Shown piece after piece: positions 9,723-19,139 of a DNA stretch of 64,000 bases. Numbering within the stretch: position 1 is the first letter of the stretch; each line of letters opens with the position of its first letter. The position numbers and the translations under genes were made by a program. The notes beneath the pieces were generated by a model, which did not search any database, was not told the origin of the DNA, and worked only from the letters and a program-made list of their open reading frames with translations. The stretch comes from Halarcobacter sp. (GTDB taxonomy: Bacteria > Campylobacterota > Campylobacteria > Campylobacterales > Arcobacteraceae), in contig OY781089.1 of the NCBI GenBank assembly GCA_963676565.1, positions 768,001 to 832,000 of the forward strand. Direction: 5' to 3'.

Positions 9723-9747
9723 AATTGTTAATCAAAGGTTAACAATT
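9723..9747. promoter_or_regulatory. Inverted repeat upstream of sRNA paralog 2, candidate regulator site
   Basis: AATTGTTAA-N7-TTAACAATT perfect 9-bp arms; right half AAAGGTTAACAA conserved at 9241-9252 in paralog 1. Confidence 0.5.
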
Positions 9748-9815
9748 GAATTTACTAAGAAAATAAGAGTAGATTTTTTATTTACATATATATAATAAAT
9801 AGAAAAAGGAAAATA

Positions 9816-10175
9816 ATGCAAACAAATTTATATGATGAACCACTAGCTGTATGCTCAACTTCTCCAATGACTGGTTTTTTTAGAGATGGTACATGTAGAG
9901 TATCATTTGATGATCAAGGAAGTCATAGTATTTGTGCTGTTATGACTGATGAGTTTTTAGAGTTTTCAAAATCTAGGGGAAATGATTTATCAACACCTAT
10001 GCCGATTTATGGTTTTCAAGGATTAAAAGCAGGGGATAAATGGTGTTTATGTGCTTTAAGATGGAAAGAAGCTTATGAAGCTAATTGTGCACCAAAAATT
10101 GATGCTAAGGCTACATCTAACCAAGCAACTAAATTTATCCCTAAAGAGATTCTTTTAAAGTTTAGTATAAATTAA
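9816..10175 (+). CDS. DUF2237 family protein
   Basis: PMTGFFRDG.C, GNDLSTP, GDKWCLCALRW motifs. Confidence 0.9.
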   Translation: MQTNLYDEPLAVCSTSPMTGFFRDGTCRVSFDDQGSHSICAVMTDEFLEFSKSRGNDLSTPMPIYGFQGLKAGDKWCLCALRWKEAYEANCAPKIDAKATSNQATKFIPKEILLKFSIN

Positions 10176-10177
10176 AC

Positions 10178-10762
10178 CTAGTTTGATTTTTCTAAATACT
10201 TTATAATCTCTTTATTTGCTCTATTTGATAGAAAATATTGGTATAACATTTTATCCACATCAAAAAGTAGCTTACTTGTGTTTTGGATTTGAGTTGCAAC
10301 ATTATTTGAATCAACAGCAAGTTGAAGATACAACTCTTTATCTTCACTAATCCAAGTATTAACTACCTTTGAATAAGTCAGGGATTTTAGTGAAATATGT
10401 TCAGCAAACTTCTTTATATCTTTATCAAACACTTTAGGATTGTCTAGTTTTTCAGTATAGGCTTTATATAATTTACCTGTTTTAGAATAAATTCTTTTTA
10501 GTAGATTATTACTTGCAACAATAAGTGCCTTTTGTTTATAAAAATTTAGGTTTTCCTCTTTTACATCTTTTACAAAACCAATTGATGTGATATTATTTTT
10601 TATTTTAATATCAATTAACCATGCTGGAGAATTTGAAGGTATCTCAATCTCCTCTTTTTCTATCTTTTTTTTGGAGTCAGAAAAAGGATTGATTGAACTT
10701 AGTGAAAAACATCCAGTAAGCAAAAATGTCGAAATTAGAATAAAAAATATATTTTTTTTCAT
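10178..10762 (-). CDS. Lipoprotein, LPP20-like
   Basis: Start trimmed to MKKNIFF; lipobox LTGC; PAW motif after the linker. Confidence 0.65.
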   Translation of the reverse strand: MKKNIFFILISTFLLTGCFSLSSINPFSDSKKKIEKEEIEIPSNSPAWLIDIKIKNNITSIGFVKDVKEENLNFYKQKALIVASNNLLKRIYSKTGKLYKAYTEKLDNPKVFDKDIKKFAEHISLKSLTYSKVVNTWISEDKELYLQLAVDSNNVATQIQNTSKLLFDVDKMLYQYFLSNRANKEIIKYLEKSN

Positions 10763-10776
10763 AAGTTTATAATTAC

Positions 10777-11946
10777 CTAACAATCTGAAAATTTAGAGAT
10801 AATCTCTTTTGATGCTTCAAGGGCTTTTTGGCTTGAGTCTTTATCAAAAGTTAATGCAACTGCCATTCTTCTTCCAACATGAGATTGTGGTTTTCCAAAC
10901 ACTCTTACAAAACTATTTTTTGTAAAAGCATCTTCTTCAATCTCTACAATTGGGTTAAAAGTATCATCTTTTGCTTTATAAGCAGCACTTGCTCCACATC
11001 CATAATCAATATAATCTAAAGGCAATCCTAAAACAGCTCTTACATGAAGGGCAAATTCACTTTGAGATTGAGTAATCATAGTAACCATTCCTGTATCATG
11101 AGGTCTAGGACTTACTTCACTAAAGAATACTTCATCACCTTGAACAAACATTTCAACACCAAAAATACCTCGTCCACCTAAACCATCAGTTACAGTTTTA
11201 GCAATTTTTTGTGCATTTTCTTTGGCTTTTTCACTCATATCCATTGGTTGCCATGAGAAGATATAGTCACCATCTTGTTGAATATGTCCAATTGGTTCAC
11301 AAAATACTGTTTGTTTTTCATTTCTTACCGTAAGCATTGTAATCTCATAATCAAATTTTATAAATGCTTCAACTATTAATTCACTTGCATCACCTCTAGC
11401 TTCTTTAGCAATTTCCCAAGAAGATTCTAAATCAGCCTCACTTTTTGCAACACTTTGACCATGTCCTGATGAACTCATTACAGGTTTAATTACACAAGGA
11501 AATCCCATATTTGAAGCTGCTCTTTGAAGCTCTTCAAAAGTACTTACAAATTCATATGGACCAGTTTTTACCTTTAATTCTTCTGCTGCAAATTGTCTGA
11601 TGTTTTTTCTATTCATTGTTTTATTAACTGCATCAGCATTTGGGATTACATGAAACCCTTCATTCTCTGCATCAAATAAAGCTTGGATATTAATAGCTTC
11701 AACCTCAGGTAAAATATATGTAGGTTTTTCTCTTCTAATTACATCTAATACTTCATTTTTATTTTTCATATTTATAGTATATGCTTTATTTGCAACTAAT
11801 TGAGCGGGTGCATTATTATAACTATCAACAGCAATTGTTTCAATACCTAATCTTTGTGCCTCAATTACAACCTCTTTTCCAAGTTCTCCACTTCCAAGAA
11901 GCATGATTTTTGTTGAATTAGATTTAATAGGTGCAGTAAATTTCAT
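10777..11946 (-). CDS. purT: Formate-dependent phosphoribosylglycinamide formyltransferase
   Basis: [38 protein letters not shown]. Confidence 0.97.
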   Translation of the reverse strand: MKFTAPIKSNSTKIMLLGSGELGKEVVIEAQRLGIETIAVDSYNNAPAQLVANKAYTINMKNKNEVLDVIRREKPTYILPEVEAINIQALFDAENEGFHVIPNADAVNKTMNRKNIRQFAAEELKVKTGPYEFVSTFEELQRAASNMGFPCVIKPVMSSSGHGQSVAKSEADLESSWEIAKEARGDASELIVEAFIKFDYEITMLTVRNEKQTVFCEPIGHIQQDGDYIFSWQPMDMSEKAKENAQKIAKTVTDGLGGRGIFGVEMFVQGDEVFFSEVSPRPHDTGMVTMITQSQSEFALHVRAVLGLPLDYIDYGCGASAAYKAKDDTFNPIVEIEEDAFTKNSFVRVFGKPQSHVGRRMAVALTFDKDSSQKALEASKEIISKFSDC

Positions 11947-11955
11947 TGTTTTCCT

Positions 11956-12705
11956 TTAGTGTAAATTTAACATTTTGTCGTTTCTTATCATGATAAAAAA
12001 CTCTTTGTCATAATGTGCTAGGTGGTTTTTTCTAATAATTGATTGTAGAATTTTAACATAGTCGTGACCAATTCCAGAGTATTTTGTCATAGTTTTTGCT
12101 AGTTTCATACCATCAATAAACTCTTTTTTTAATCTCATTACTCTTCTTTTTGCCCTAAACTCATAATAAGCCTCTGTTCTATTTAGGTTTTTCATATATG
12201 CAGAAATAGAGTCTTGTAAAGTTGGAAAAATTCTAATAAAATGTTTTTTCCCTGTTTGTCTTTGAAGAGGAAGCATTCCAATTTTTGGATTATATGTCCA
12301 ATGACCAAATATATTGTTCGCTTCTTTAAAAAATCTACTTGTTCCCCAACCACTTTCTGTTGCAGCTTGTGCTAAGGCTAGTGATGGAGGAACTATATCA
12401 ATTCTTCTTAAAAACTCAGTATAATCATAGATATCTGAAACCTTATATTTTATTTGTAGTTCTTGAAGTCTTTTATACTCAAAAGAGTCTTCAATAAGAT
12501 TTTTTCTACCTAATAATGATTTAATAAATTCTCTTTCTTTTAAAATCTTTCTATTTTCTAATTCTATCTCTCCAATAAAATACTCAAAGAAATATTTTTT
12601 CTTTTTAGCCAATGGAAGCTTATAGTAATTAGGTGGAAAACCAGTGGCTTTTAGTGAAACCAAAAGCAAACTAAAAACAAAAACTATTTTTAAAAATATA
12701 TTCAT
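11956..12705 (-). CDS. Glucosaminidase-domain (Bax-like) protein
   Basis: PSLALAQAATESGWGTSRF..ANNIFG, YMKNLN; signal peptide. Confidence 0.88.
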   Translation of the reverse strand: MNIFLKIVFVFSLLLVSLKATGFPPNYYKLPLAKKKKYFFEYFIGEIELENRKILKEREFIKSLLGRKNLIEDSFEYKRLQELQIKYKVSDIYDYTEFLRRIDIVPPSLALAQAATESGWGTSRFFKEANNIFGHWTYNPKIGMLPLQRQTGKKHFIRIFPTLQDSISAYMKNLNRTEAYYEFRAKRRVMRLKKEFIDGMKLAKTMTKYSGIGHDYVKILQSIIRKNHLAHYDKEFFIMIRNDKMLNLH

Positions 12706-13454
12706 TAAATAGTAGCCGTAAATACTTTTTTAACGGCACCTTTAAAATATAATTTGCCATTTGTTTTAGAGATAGTTAACTCTTCACCACTTTTTGGATA
12801 TACAAAGGTTCTATCTTCAACAAGATTAAGATTATTTGCTCTTATAAAACATGCTACCATACCAGTTCCGCAAGCTAAAGTTTCACCTTCAACACCTCTT
12901 TCATAAGTTCTAACTTTAAGTACTTTACCATTTTGACCATTTTCTACTTTTGCAAAGTTTACATTTGCATTGTGAGCATATCTCATTTTTGCACATAAAT
13001 CATGGTCATAATTATCTAAGTTATCAGTTAATGTAACTAAATGGGGAACTCCTGTATCTATTAAGTACCAAGTTAAACCATTCTCTTCAAACTCTTCTTT
13101 TATAACTTTTGGTTCAGTCATTTGTGTTTCAACAATATTTCCATCAACTTTTGACTCTATAATTCCAGCTTCAGTTAAAAACTTCATATGTGAAGGTGCT
13201 AAGTTATTGTTATATGCATAGTGTGCAACTGCTCTTGTGGCATTCCCACACATAGCTGCATCACTTCCATCACTATTATAAAACATCCATTTAAAATCAG
13301 CATCATTACATGGTAAAAGGGCAACAAGCCCATCTGCTCCAATCCCTTCTGTTCTATTGCAAAGTTCTATTGCATCTTTTGTGAAATCTCTTTCAACAAA
13401 AGAGTGAAAGATAACAAAGTCATTTCCACTTGCGCTATATTTTGTATATGTCAT
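12705..13454 (-). CDS. dapF: Diaminopimelate epimerase
   Basis: GNDF, GIGADG, NSDGS..MCGN, RTYERGVEGETLACGTG. Confidence 0.97.
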   Translation of the reverse strand: MTYTKYSASGNDFVIFHSFVERDFTKDAIELCNRTEGIGADGLVALLPCNDADFKWMFYNSDGSDAAMCGNATRAVAHYAYNNNLAPSHMKFLTEAGIIESKVDGNIVETQMTEPKVIKEEFEENGLTWYLIDTGVPHLVTLTDNLDNYDHDLCAKMRYAHNANVNFAKVENGQNGKVLKVRTYERGVEGETLACGTGMVACFIRANNLNLVEDRTFVYPKSGEELTISKTNGKLYFKGAVKKVFTATI

Positions 13455-14041
13455 AAAATCTCCCCGATAACTTTTTTAACTTCTTCTTCAAGATTTTCAA
13501 GACTTGATGAGTTATCAATAATTAAATCTGCTAATTGTTTTTTTTCTTCAATATCCATTTGATTTGAAATCTTTAATTTCGCTTCTTCTTCATTTATATT
13601 GTCTCTATCCATAAGCCTTTTTATTTGTAAATTTCTAGGTATATAAACTACTAATGACTTTGGAATTGGATAATGCATTTTTTCAAAAAATAAAGGGATA
13701 TCAATAAAATAAGGTTTCCCTTGCTCTTCAAGTTCTCTTGATTCTTTGTAAATTTCATCTTTGATTAAAGGATGAAGTAATGCTTCAAGTTTAAGTTTGT
13801 TTTCCTCATTTGAAAATATTATTTTTCCTAATTTTTTTCTTATGACTTTTCCGTTTTCAACATACTCTTCACCAAACATAGTGGCAATTTTTCCACTATT
13901 TTCATCAAGGAGTCTATGTGCGATTTTATCTGCATCAATTATCAAAAAACCATGAAGTTTAAAAAGGTTACAAACAGTACTCTTACCTGTTGCAATTCCA
14001 CCTGTTAAGGCTATTGCGTGTTTAAAAAATTCATTATTCAT
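13451..14041 (-). CDS. coaE: Dephospho-CoA kinase
   Basis: LTGGIATGKSTV, IDAD, DIPLFFE. Confidence 0.96.
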   Translation of the reverse strand: MNNEFFKHAIALTGGIATGKSTVCNLFKLHGFLIIDADKIAHRLLDENSGKIATMFGEEYVENGKVIRKKLGKIIFSNEENKLKLEALLHPLIKDEIYKESRELEEQGKPYFIDIPLFFEKMHYPIPKSLVVYIPRNLQIKRLMDRDNINEEEAKLKISNQMDIEEKKQLADLIIDNSSSLENLEEEVKKVIGEIL

Positions 14042-14157
14042 ATAAAAGATTTTACTATAATAATGATTTATTTAAGGTTTAAGAGGATAATTCATCTATA
14101 TCTTTGTCAGTTTTCGATACAATATCTCAAAAATTTTAAATAACAATAAGGAAAAAA

Positions 14158-15153
14158 ATGTCAACAGTTAGTTATAAAGACGCTGGTGTAGATATTGATG
14201 CTGGTAATCAGTTTGTAGAAAATATTAAACCACACGTAAAATCAACTTTAATTCCAGGAGTTTTAGGTGGAATTGGTTCTTTTGCAGGTGCTTTTGAGTT
14301 ACCAACTGGATACAAAAACCCAGTATTACTTTCAGGGACTGACGGGGTTGGAACAAAATTAAAATTAGCAATTGATTCAAAAAAATATGATACTGTTGGT
14401 ATCGATTTAGTTGCTATGTGTACAAACGATTTATTATGTAATTTTGGTGAGCCACTATTTTTCCTAGACTATTATGCAACTGCAAAACTTGAAGTTGATG
14501 AAGCAACAGATGTTGTAAAAGGGATTGCTGAAGGTTGTATTCAATCTGAGTGTGCATTAGTTGGTGGTGAAACTGCTGAGATGCCAGGGATGTACAAAGA
14601 GGGTGATTTTGATTTAGCTGGTTTTTGTGTTGGAATAGCTGAAAAAGAAGAGCTAAATAGAATTGAAAAAGTTAATGCAGGTGATGTATTAATTGCACTT
14701 CCATCTTCAGGAATTCACTCAAATGGTTTTTCATTAGTTAGAAAATTACTTTTAGAAAAATTAGGAATGAGCTTAGATGATGATTTCCAAGGAAAACCAC
14801 TTAAAGATGTTTTATTAGAACCAACTAGAATTTATGTAAAAGAGTTTAAATCAAACAAAGAAAATATCAATGCTTTAGCTCATATAACAGGTGGTGGGAT
14901 TACTGAAAATTTACCAAGAGTTTTACCTGATAATTTAAAAGCAGTTATTAAAAGAGATTCAGTAAAAGTGCTTCCAATTTTTGAATTTATGGGTGAGCAT
15001 GTTGAACTAGAAGAGATGTATAGAACTTTTAATATGGGTGTTGGAATGATTTTAGTTGTAAACCCTGATAAAGTTGATGCAGTATTAGCTAACACTGATG
15101 GTTATGTTATTGGTGAGCTAGCTGATGGTGAAAAAGGTGTAGAGTACATCTAG
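14158..15153 (+). CDS. purM: Phosphoribosylformylglycinamidine cyclo-ligase
   Basis: [45 protein letters not shown]. Confidence 0.98.
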   Translation: MSTVSYKDAGVDIDAGNQFVENIKPHVKSTLIPGVLGGIGSFAGAFELPTGYKNPVLLSGTDGVGTKLKLAIDSKKYDTVGIDLVAMCTNDLLCNFGEPLFFLDYYATAKLEVDEATDVVKGIAEGCIQSECALVGGETAEMPGMYKEGDFDLAGFCVGIAEKEELNRIEKVNAGDVLIALPSSGIHSNGFSLVRKLLLEKLGMSLDDDFQGKPLKDVLLEPTRIYVKEFKSNKENINALAHITGGGITENLPRVLPDNLKAVIKRDSVKVLPIFEFMGEHVELEEMYRTFNMGVGMILVVNPDKVDAVLANTDGYVIGELADGEKGVEYI

Positions 15154-15175
15154 ATTTTCACTCATCTTCTTCGTT

Positions 15176-15202
15176 AAAGATCAATTGTTAAAATTGATCT
15201 TT
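15176..15202. terminator. Hairpin between convergent purM and GAPDH-family genes
   Basis: AAAGATCAATT / AATTGATCTTT inverted repeat. Confidence 0.55.
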
Positions 15203-15241
15203 GCCTTGAATCTAAATAAAACTCTAAATGTTTTCTTTTTT

Positions 15242-16264
15242 CTAATTATTTGAATAATATTTCATAATATCAGTAACTTTTGATGCATATCCCCATTCAT
15301 TATCATACCAAACTAAAAGTTTAATCATCTTGCCATTTTTTACATCGGTATATCGATGGTCTATTATTGTAGTTTTATTCTCTTTTTTGAAATCACTTGA
15401 TACAAGAGGGTCAAAATTGTTTAGAACAATATTAAATTTTTGATTCTTTTCATACTCATTAAAAATCTCAATTATCTCATCTTTTGTACAACTTTTTTCT
15501 ACAAAAAGTGTAACATTTATTGCTCCCACTGTATCCGTTGGAACTCTTAAAGAGTTTGAAGAGATTAGTTCATGATTAAATTTTGAATCAACAAAAGAAC
15601 ATGCTTTTATAGTTGTTGTTTTATTTGGAATTATATTTTGTGTTGAAGATCGACCAAACTCAAAATTGTATTCAACATCTCTTGTTGAACTTCCAACAAA
15701 ATGACCATCTAAAACCCTTTGGTGGTTTAATAATGGGTGAATTGTAACAATATCACCACAGGTAATTTTTTTTTCTTTATCAATAATTTTTAAAGCAGGT
15801 AATAAAGCAGTGGCATTGCATGAGCTTGTAGAGATTATTTTGTGTTTTTGTTTATCTAATTCATTTTCATTTACACCAAGAATTAAGTTTATATCTGCTT
15901 GAATATTTGGATGGGTTAAAAATACAGCTTTAACAGGTAAATTTCTAAGTTTTTCTATATTTGTTTTTACTCCACTTGAATCCACAATAATATCAATATC
16001 ATTCAAATCTAAATCAAACAAACTAGAATGGTTTGTGATTTTTATCTTTGTTTGAGTATTTTGAATAAAGCTTTCTTCTACAACTTTAAATTTATCTTCT
16101 AAACTTCCATATGTTGAGTCATAATTTATTGAATAAACTATATTTTCTATATATGGATTTATCTCGTTTATTATAACAATTTCATATTCTTTTTTTTGAA
16201 GAAGTTGGATTAGAATAGACTTACCAATTCTTCCTATGCCATTTATAAGTACTTTTTCTTTCAT
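15242..16264 (-). CDS. Glyceraldehyde-3-phosphate / erythrose-4-phosphate dehydrogenase family protein (divergent)
   Basis: INGIGRIG, YDSTYG, SSCNATAL, LRVPT, WYDNEWGY. Confidence 0.85.
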   Translation of the reverse strand: MKEKVLINGIGRIGKSILIQLLQKKEYEIVIINEINPYIENIVYSINYDSTYGSLEDKFKVVEESFIQNTQTKIKITNHSSLFDLDLNDIDIIVDSSGVKTNIEKLRNLPVKAVFLTHPNIQADINLILGVNENELDKQKHKIISTSSCNATALLPALKIIDKEKKITCGDIVTIHPLLNHQRVLDGHFVGSSTRDVEYNFEFGRSSTQNIIPNKTTTIKACSFVDSKFNHELISSNSLRVPTDTVGAINVTLFVEKSCTKDEIIEIFNEYEKNQKFNIVLNNFDPLVSSDFKKENKTTIIDHRYTDVKNGKMIKLLVWYDNEWGYASKVTDIMKYYSNN

Positions 16265-16504
16265 AGGCGTATTGTATCATAGATTATATATATTATTTAT
16301 AACTATTTAATAATCCATACTAAATCTATTTGCTTAATAAAAAATCCCTTTTAAAACCTTTTATTAGATTAATTTAGAATCTTGATTAATTTAATATATA
16401 ATTATTACTTAAAGTATATTGAACTTTTTTATTAAACTAAATATTGTAATTTATAGTTTAATACCTTGATGATATGATTGATTAAATTAAAAATAGGAGA
16501 TAGC

Positions 16505-16978
16505 ATGAAATTTTTTAATTTAAAATTTTTACTAAGTACACTGTTGATATTGGGTACATTTGGATTTGCAAATGCCCAAACAGTAAAACAAAAAGTTGTT
16601 TATCATATCAACTATGATAATCCAAAACAACAAGAAGGTGCATTAAGAAATATTCAAAATCATATTAATGCAGTTGGAAAAGAGAATCTTGACATAAAAG
16701 TTGTTTTACATGGAAATGGTCTAAGTTTACTTCTTGACCCAGAATCATTGGCAAAAACAAAATTAAAGTATGGAAATGCAAATGAGCAAATGCAAGCAAA
16801 AATCTCTGGTTTAAAAGATCAAGGTATTAAATTCAATGTTTGTGCAAATACTTTAAAAGGTAAAAATATTAACTTTGAAGATGACCTTTATGATGTTACT
16901 GAAGGGGATATAGTTACAAGTGGAGTTGCCGAACTTGCTGTATTACAATCTCAAGGTTATGCATATATTAAACCTTGA
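16505..16978 (+). CDS. Periplasmic DsrE family protein
   Basis: Start after AGGAG RBS; signal peptide; KVVYHIN, ALRNIQNH, VVLHGNG, VCANT, GYAYIKP. Confidence 0.88.
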   Translation: MKFFNLKFLLSTLLILGTFGFANAQTVKQKVVYHINYDNPKQQEGALRNIQNHINAVGKENLDIKVVLHGNGLSLLLDPESLAKTKLKYGNANEQMQAKISGLKDQGIKFNVCANTLKGKNINFEDDLYDVTEGDIVTSGVAELAVLQSQGYAYIKP

Positions 16979-16983
16979 TTTTT

Positions 16984-17010
16984 AGAACTGTATATTCTGT
17001 ATACAGTTCT
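16984..17010 (+). terminator. Hairpin after the DsrE gene
   Basis: AGAACTGTATA / TATACAGTTCT 11-bp inverted repeat. Confidence 0.6.
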
Positions 17011-17089
17011 TCCCTTGAAGAAATTGTAAGTTTACATTACAATTTAAACAACAAAACATATTAGAGGCTAGGCCTCATTTAACAAACTG

Positions 17090-17187
17090 CAAAAGCCGGC
17101 TAGGGTTCCGATCTATTTTTAGATGTCTGGTCCGAGAGCTAGCGACTCATGATTAGAGTTACACGGAGGGATAAAAGCCCGGGAGGT
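17090..17187 (+). promoter_or_regulatory. Guanidine-I (ykkC-yxkD) riboswitch
   Basis: GCTAGGGTTCCG...CTGGTCCGAGAGCTAGC and ACACGGAGGGATAAAAGCCCGGGAG consensus segments upstream of a guanidine catabolic operon. Confidence 0.95.
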
Positions 17188-17232
17188 TTAAGCCTCTTGA
17201 TGTGTTTTAAATTCTAATTAGGAGAATCAAAG

Positions 17233-18312
17233 ATGAAATCATCTTCTTTCACAAAACTTTTCAAAGTACTGACACTGTCTGTTCTATTTTTAGGACTAAC
17301 TACAAGTTCACTTTTTGCTGATACTAAAAAAGATTTTAAAGTTGCATGGAGCATTTATGTTGGTTGGATGCCATGGGATGTTATAGAATCACAAAAAATC
17401 ATGGACAAATGGGCAAATAAATATGGTATCAATGTAGAGATTGTTCAAATCAATGATTATATTGAATCAATCAATCAATTTAGTGCTGGTGAATTTGATG
17501 GATGTACAATGGCTAATACAGATGCATTAGGAATCCCTGCAGCTGGGGGAGTTGATTCTACTTCATTGATTATTGGTGACTTTTCAAATGGTAACGATGT
17601 TGTTATTTCAAAAGATGCTAAATCTATTAAAGAGTTAAAAGGTACAAATGTAAACTTAGTTGAATTATCAATTTCTCACTATCTACTTGCTCGTGGATTA
17701 GAAAAAAATGGTATGAGTGAAAAAGATATTACTGTTGTAAATACATCTGATGCTGATATGGTTTCAGCTTATACAACTGCTGATGTATCTTCTGTTGTAA
17801 CTTGGAAACCACAAGTAAGTGAAATACTAGCTATGCCAAAGGCAAATAATCTATTTAACTCTTCAAATATCCCTGGTGAAATCATTGACTTAATGGTTGT
17901 AAATACTCAAACTTTAAAAGATAATCCAGCATTTGGTAAAGCATTAGTTGGAGCATGGTATGAGATGATGGCTTTAATGAATACTGATACAAAAGAAGCG
18001 AAAGATGCTAAAACAATTATGGCAAAAGCATCGGGTACTGATTTAGCTGGTTTTGAAGACCAATTAAAAACTACAAATATGTATTACAATCCTGCAGATG
18101 CAGTTAAATTTAACAACTCTGAAGATATTGTAAAAACTATGGAGTTTGTAGCTAAATTCTCATTTGATCATGGATTATATGGTGAGGGTGCAAGTGATTA
18201 CGGTTTTGTAGGAATTGAATTCCCTAATGGAAAAGTGGTTGGAGATAAAGGAAATATCAAATTAAGATTTGATGATACATATATGAAAATGGCAGCTGAC
18301 GGAAAGCTGTAA
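17233..18312 (+). CDS. Guanidine/urea-carboxylase-associated ABC transporter substrate-binding protein
   Basis: AWSIYVGWMPW, NDYIESINQ, DFSNGND, IPGEIIDL; signal peptide; riboswitch context. Confidence 0.9.
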   Translation: MKSSSFTKLFKVLTLSVLFLGLTTSSLFADTKKDFKVAWSIYVGWMPWDVIESQKIMDKWANKYGINVEIVQINDYIESINQFSAGEFDGCTMANTDALGIPAAGGVDSTSLIIGDFSNGNDVVISKDAKSIKELKGTNVNLVELSISHYLLARGLEKNGMSEKDITVVNTSDADMVSAYTTADVSSVVTWKPQVSEILAMPKANNLFNSSNIPGEIIDLMVVNTQTLKDNPAFGKALVGAWYEMMALMNTDTKEAKDAKTIMAKASGTDLAGFEDQLKTTNMYYNPADAVKFNNSEDIVKTMEFVAKFSFDHGLYGEGASDYGFVGIEFPNGKVVGDKGNIKLRFDDTYMKMAADGKL

Positions 18313-18324
18313 TTAGGATAATCA

Positions 18325-19137
18325 ATGAAAAGGTTAATTAATCAAGTCCCTTCAAAAACAACAAATTTGTTTTTGGGGCTTTTGCCTTTTCTTTTGATTG
18401 CGGTGGTTTATATTGGAGCATCCAATGCAAGATTGGCTGAAAATCCAAATGATAAACTGCTACCTTCTATTGAAAAGTGCATCGATTCTATGAGTAAAAT
18501 GGCTTTTGAAAAGAGCAAAAGAAGTGGTGAATATATACTTTTAAATGACACACTATCTAGTTTAAAAAGACTTGCAATGGGTGTAATTATAAGTGCTATG
18601 TTTGCTTTAGCAGTTGGTATTGCAATAGGAACTATTCCTTATGTGACTTCAACGGTATCGCCACTGATATGGTTTTTTTCTTTAATCCCAACAATGGCAA
18701 TGTTGCCAATACTATTTATTGTATTTGGATTAGGTGAGGTTTCAAAAGTTGTTCTTATTATACTTGGAGTTGCTCCAATTATGACAAGGGAAATTTACCA
18801 AAGAGTAAAAGAGATTCCAAGTGAGCAAATTATAAAAGTTCAAACACTAGGTGCAAATACATGGCATATTATTTTAAGAGTTATAACTCCGCAAATATTG
18901 CCAAGATTGATTGATGCAATTAGAATTACACTTGGAACTGCATGGATATTTCTTATTTCAGCGGAAGCGATTGCTGCAACTGAAGGTTTAGGGTATAGAA
19001 TCTTTTTAGTAAGACGTTATCTTGCTATGGATGTGATTTTACCTTATGTTATATGGATTACACTATTAGCATTTTTAATAGATTTTATCCTAAGACAATT
19101 TAACCAAAGACTATTTCCTTGGTTTGGTAAGGAGTAA
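18325..19137 (+). CDS. ABC transporter permease (guanidine)
   Basis: NPNDKLLP, WIFLISAEAIA..GLGYRIFLVRRY. Confidence 0.9.
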   Translation: MKRLINQVPSKTTNLFLGLLPFLLIAVVYIGASNARLAENPNDKLLPSIEKCIDSMSKMAFEKSKRSGEYILLNDTLSSLKRLAMGVIISAMFALAVGIAIGTIPYVTSTVSPLIWFFSLIPTMAMLPILFIVFGLGEVSKVVLIILGVAPIMTREIYQRVKEIPSEQIIKVQTLGANTWHIILRVITPQILPRLIDAIRITLGTAWIFLISAEAIAATEGLGYRIFLVRRYLAMDVILPYVIWITLLAFLIDFILRQFNQRLFPWFGKE

Positions 19138-19139
19138 TT

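Noticed and set aside
9087..9747. Repeat pair read as a CRISPR array, IS ends or a plus-strand CsrB-like RNA
   Set aside because: Only two copies 493 nt apart, direct rather than inverted, no cas or transposase; terminator polarity favours minus-strand transcription despite plus-strand GGA motifs
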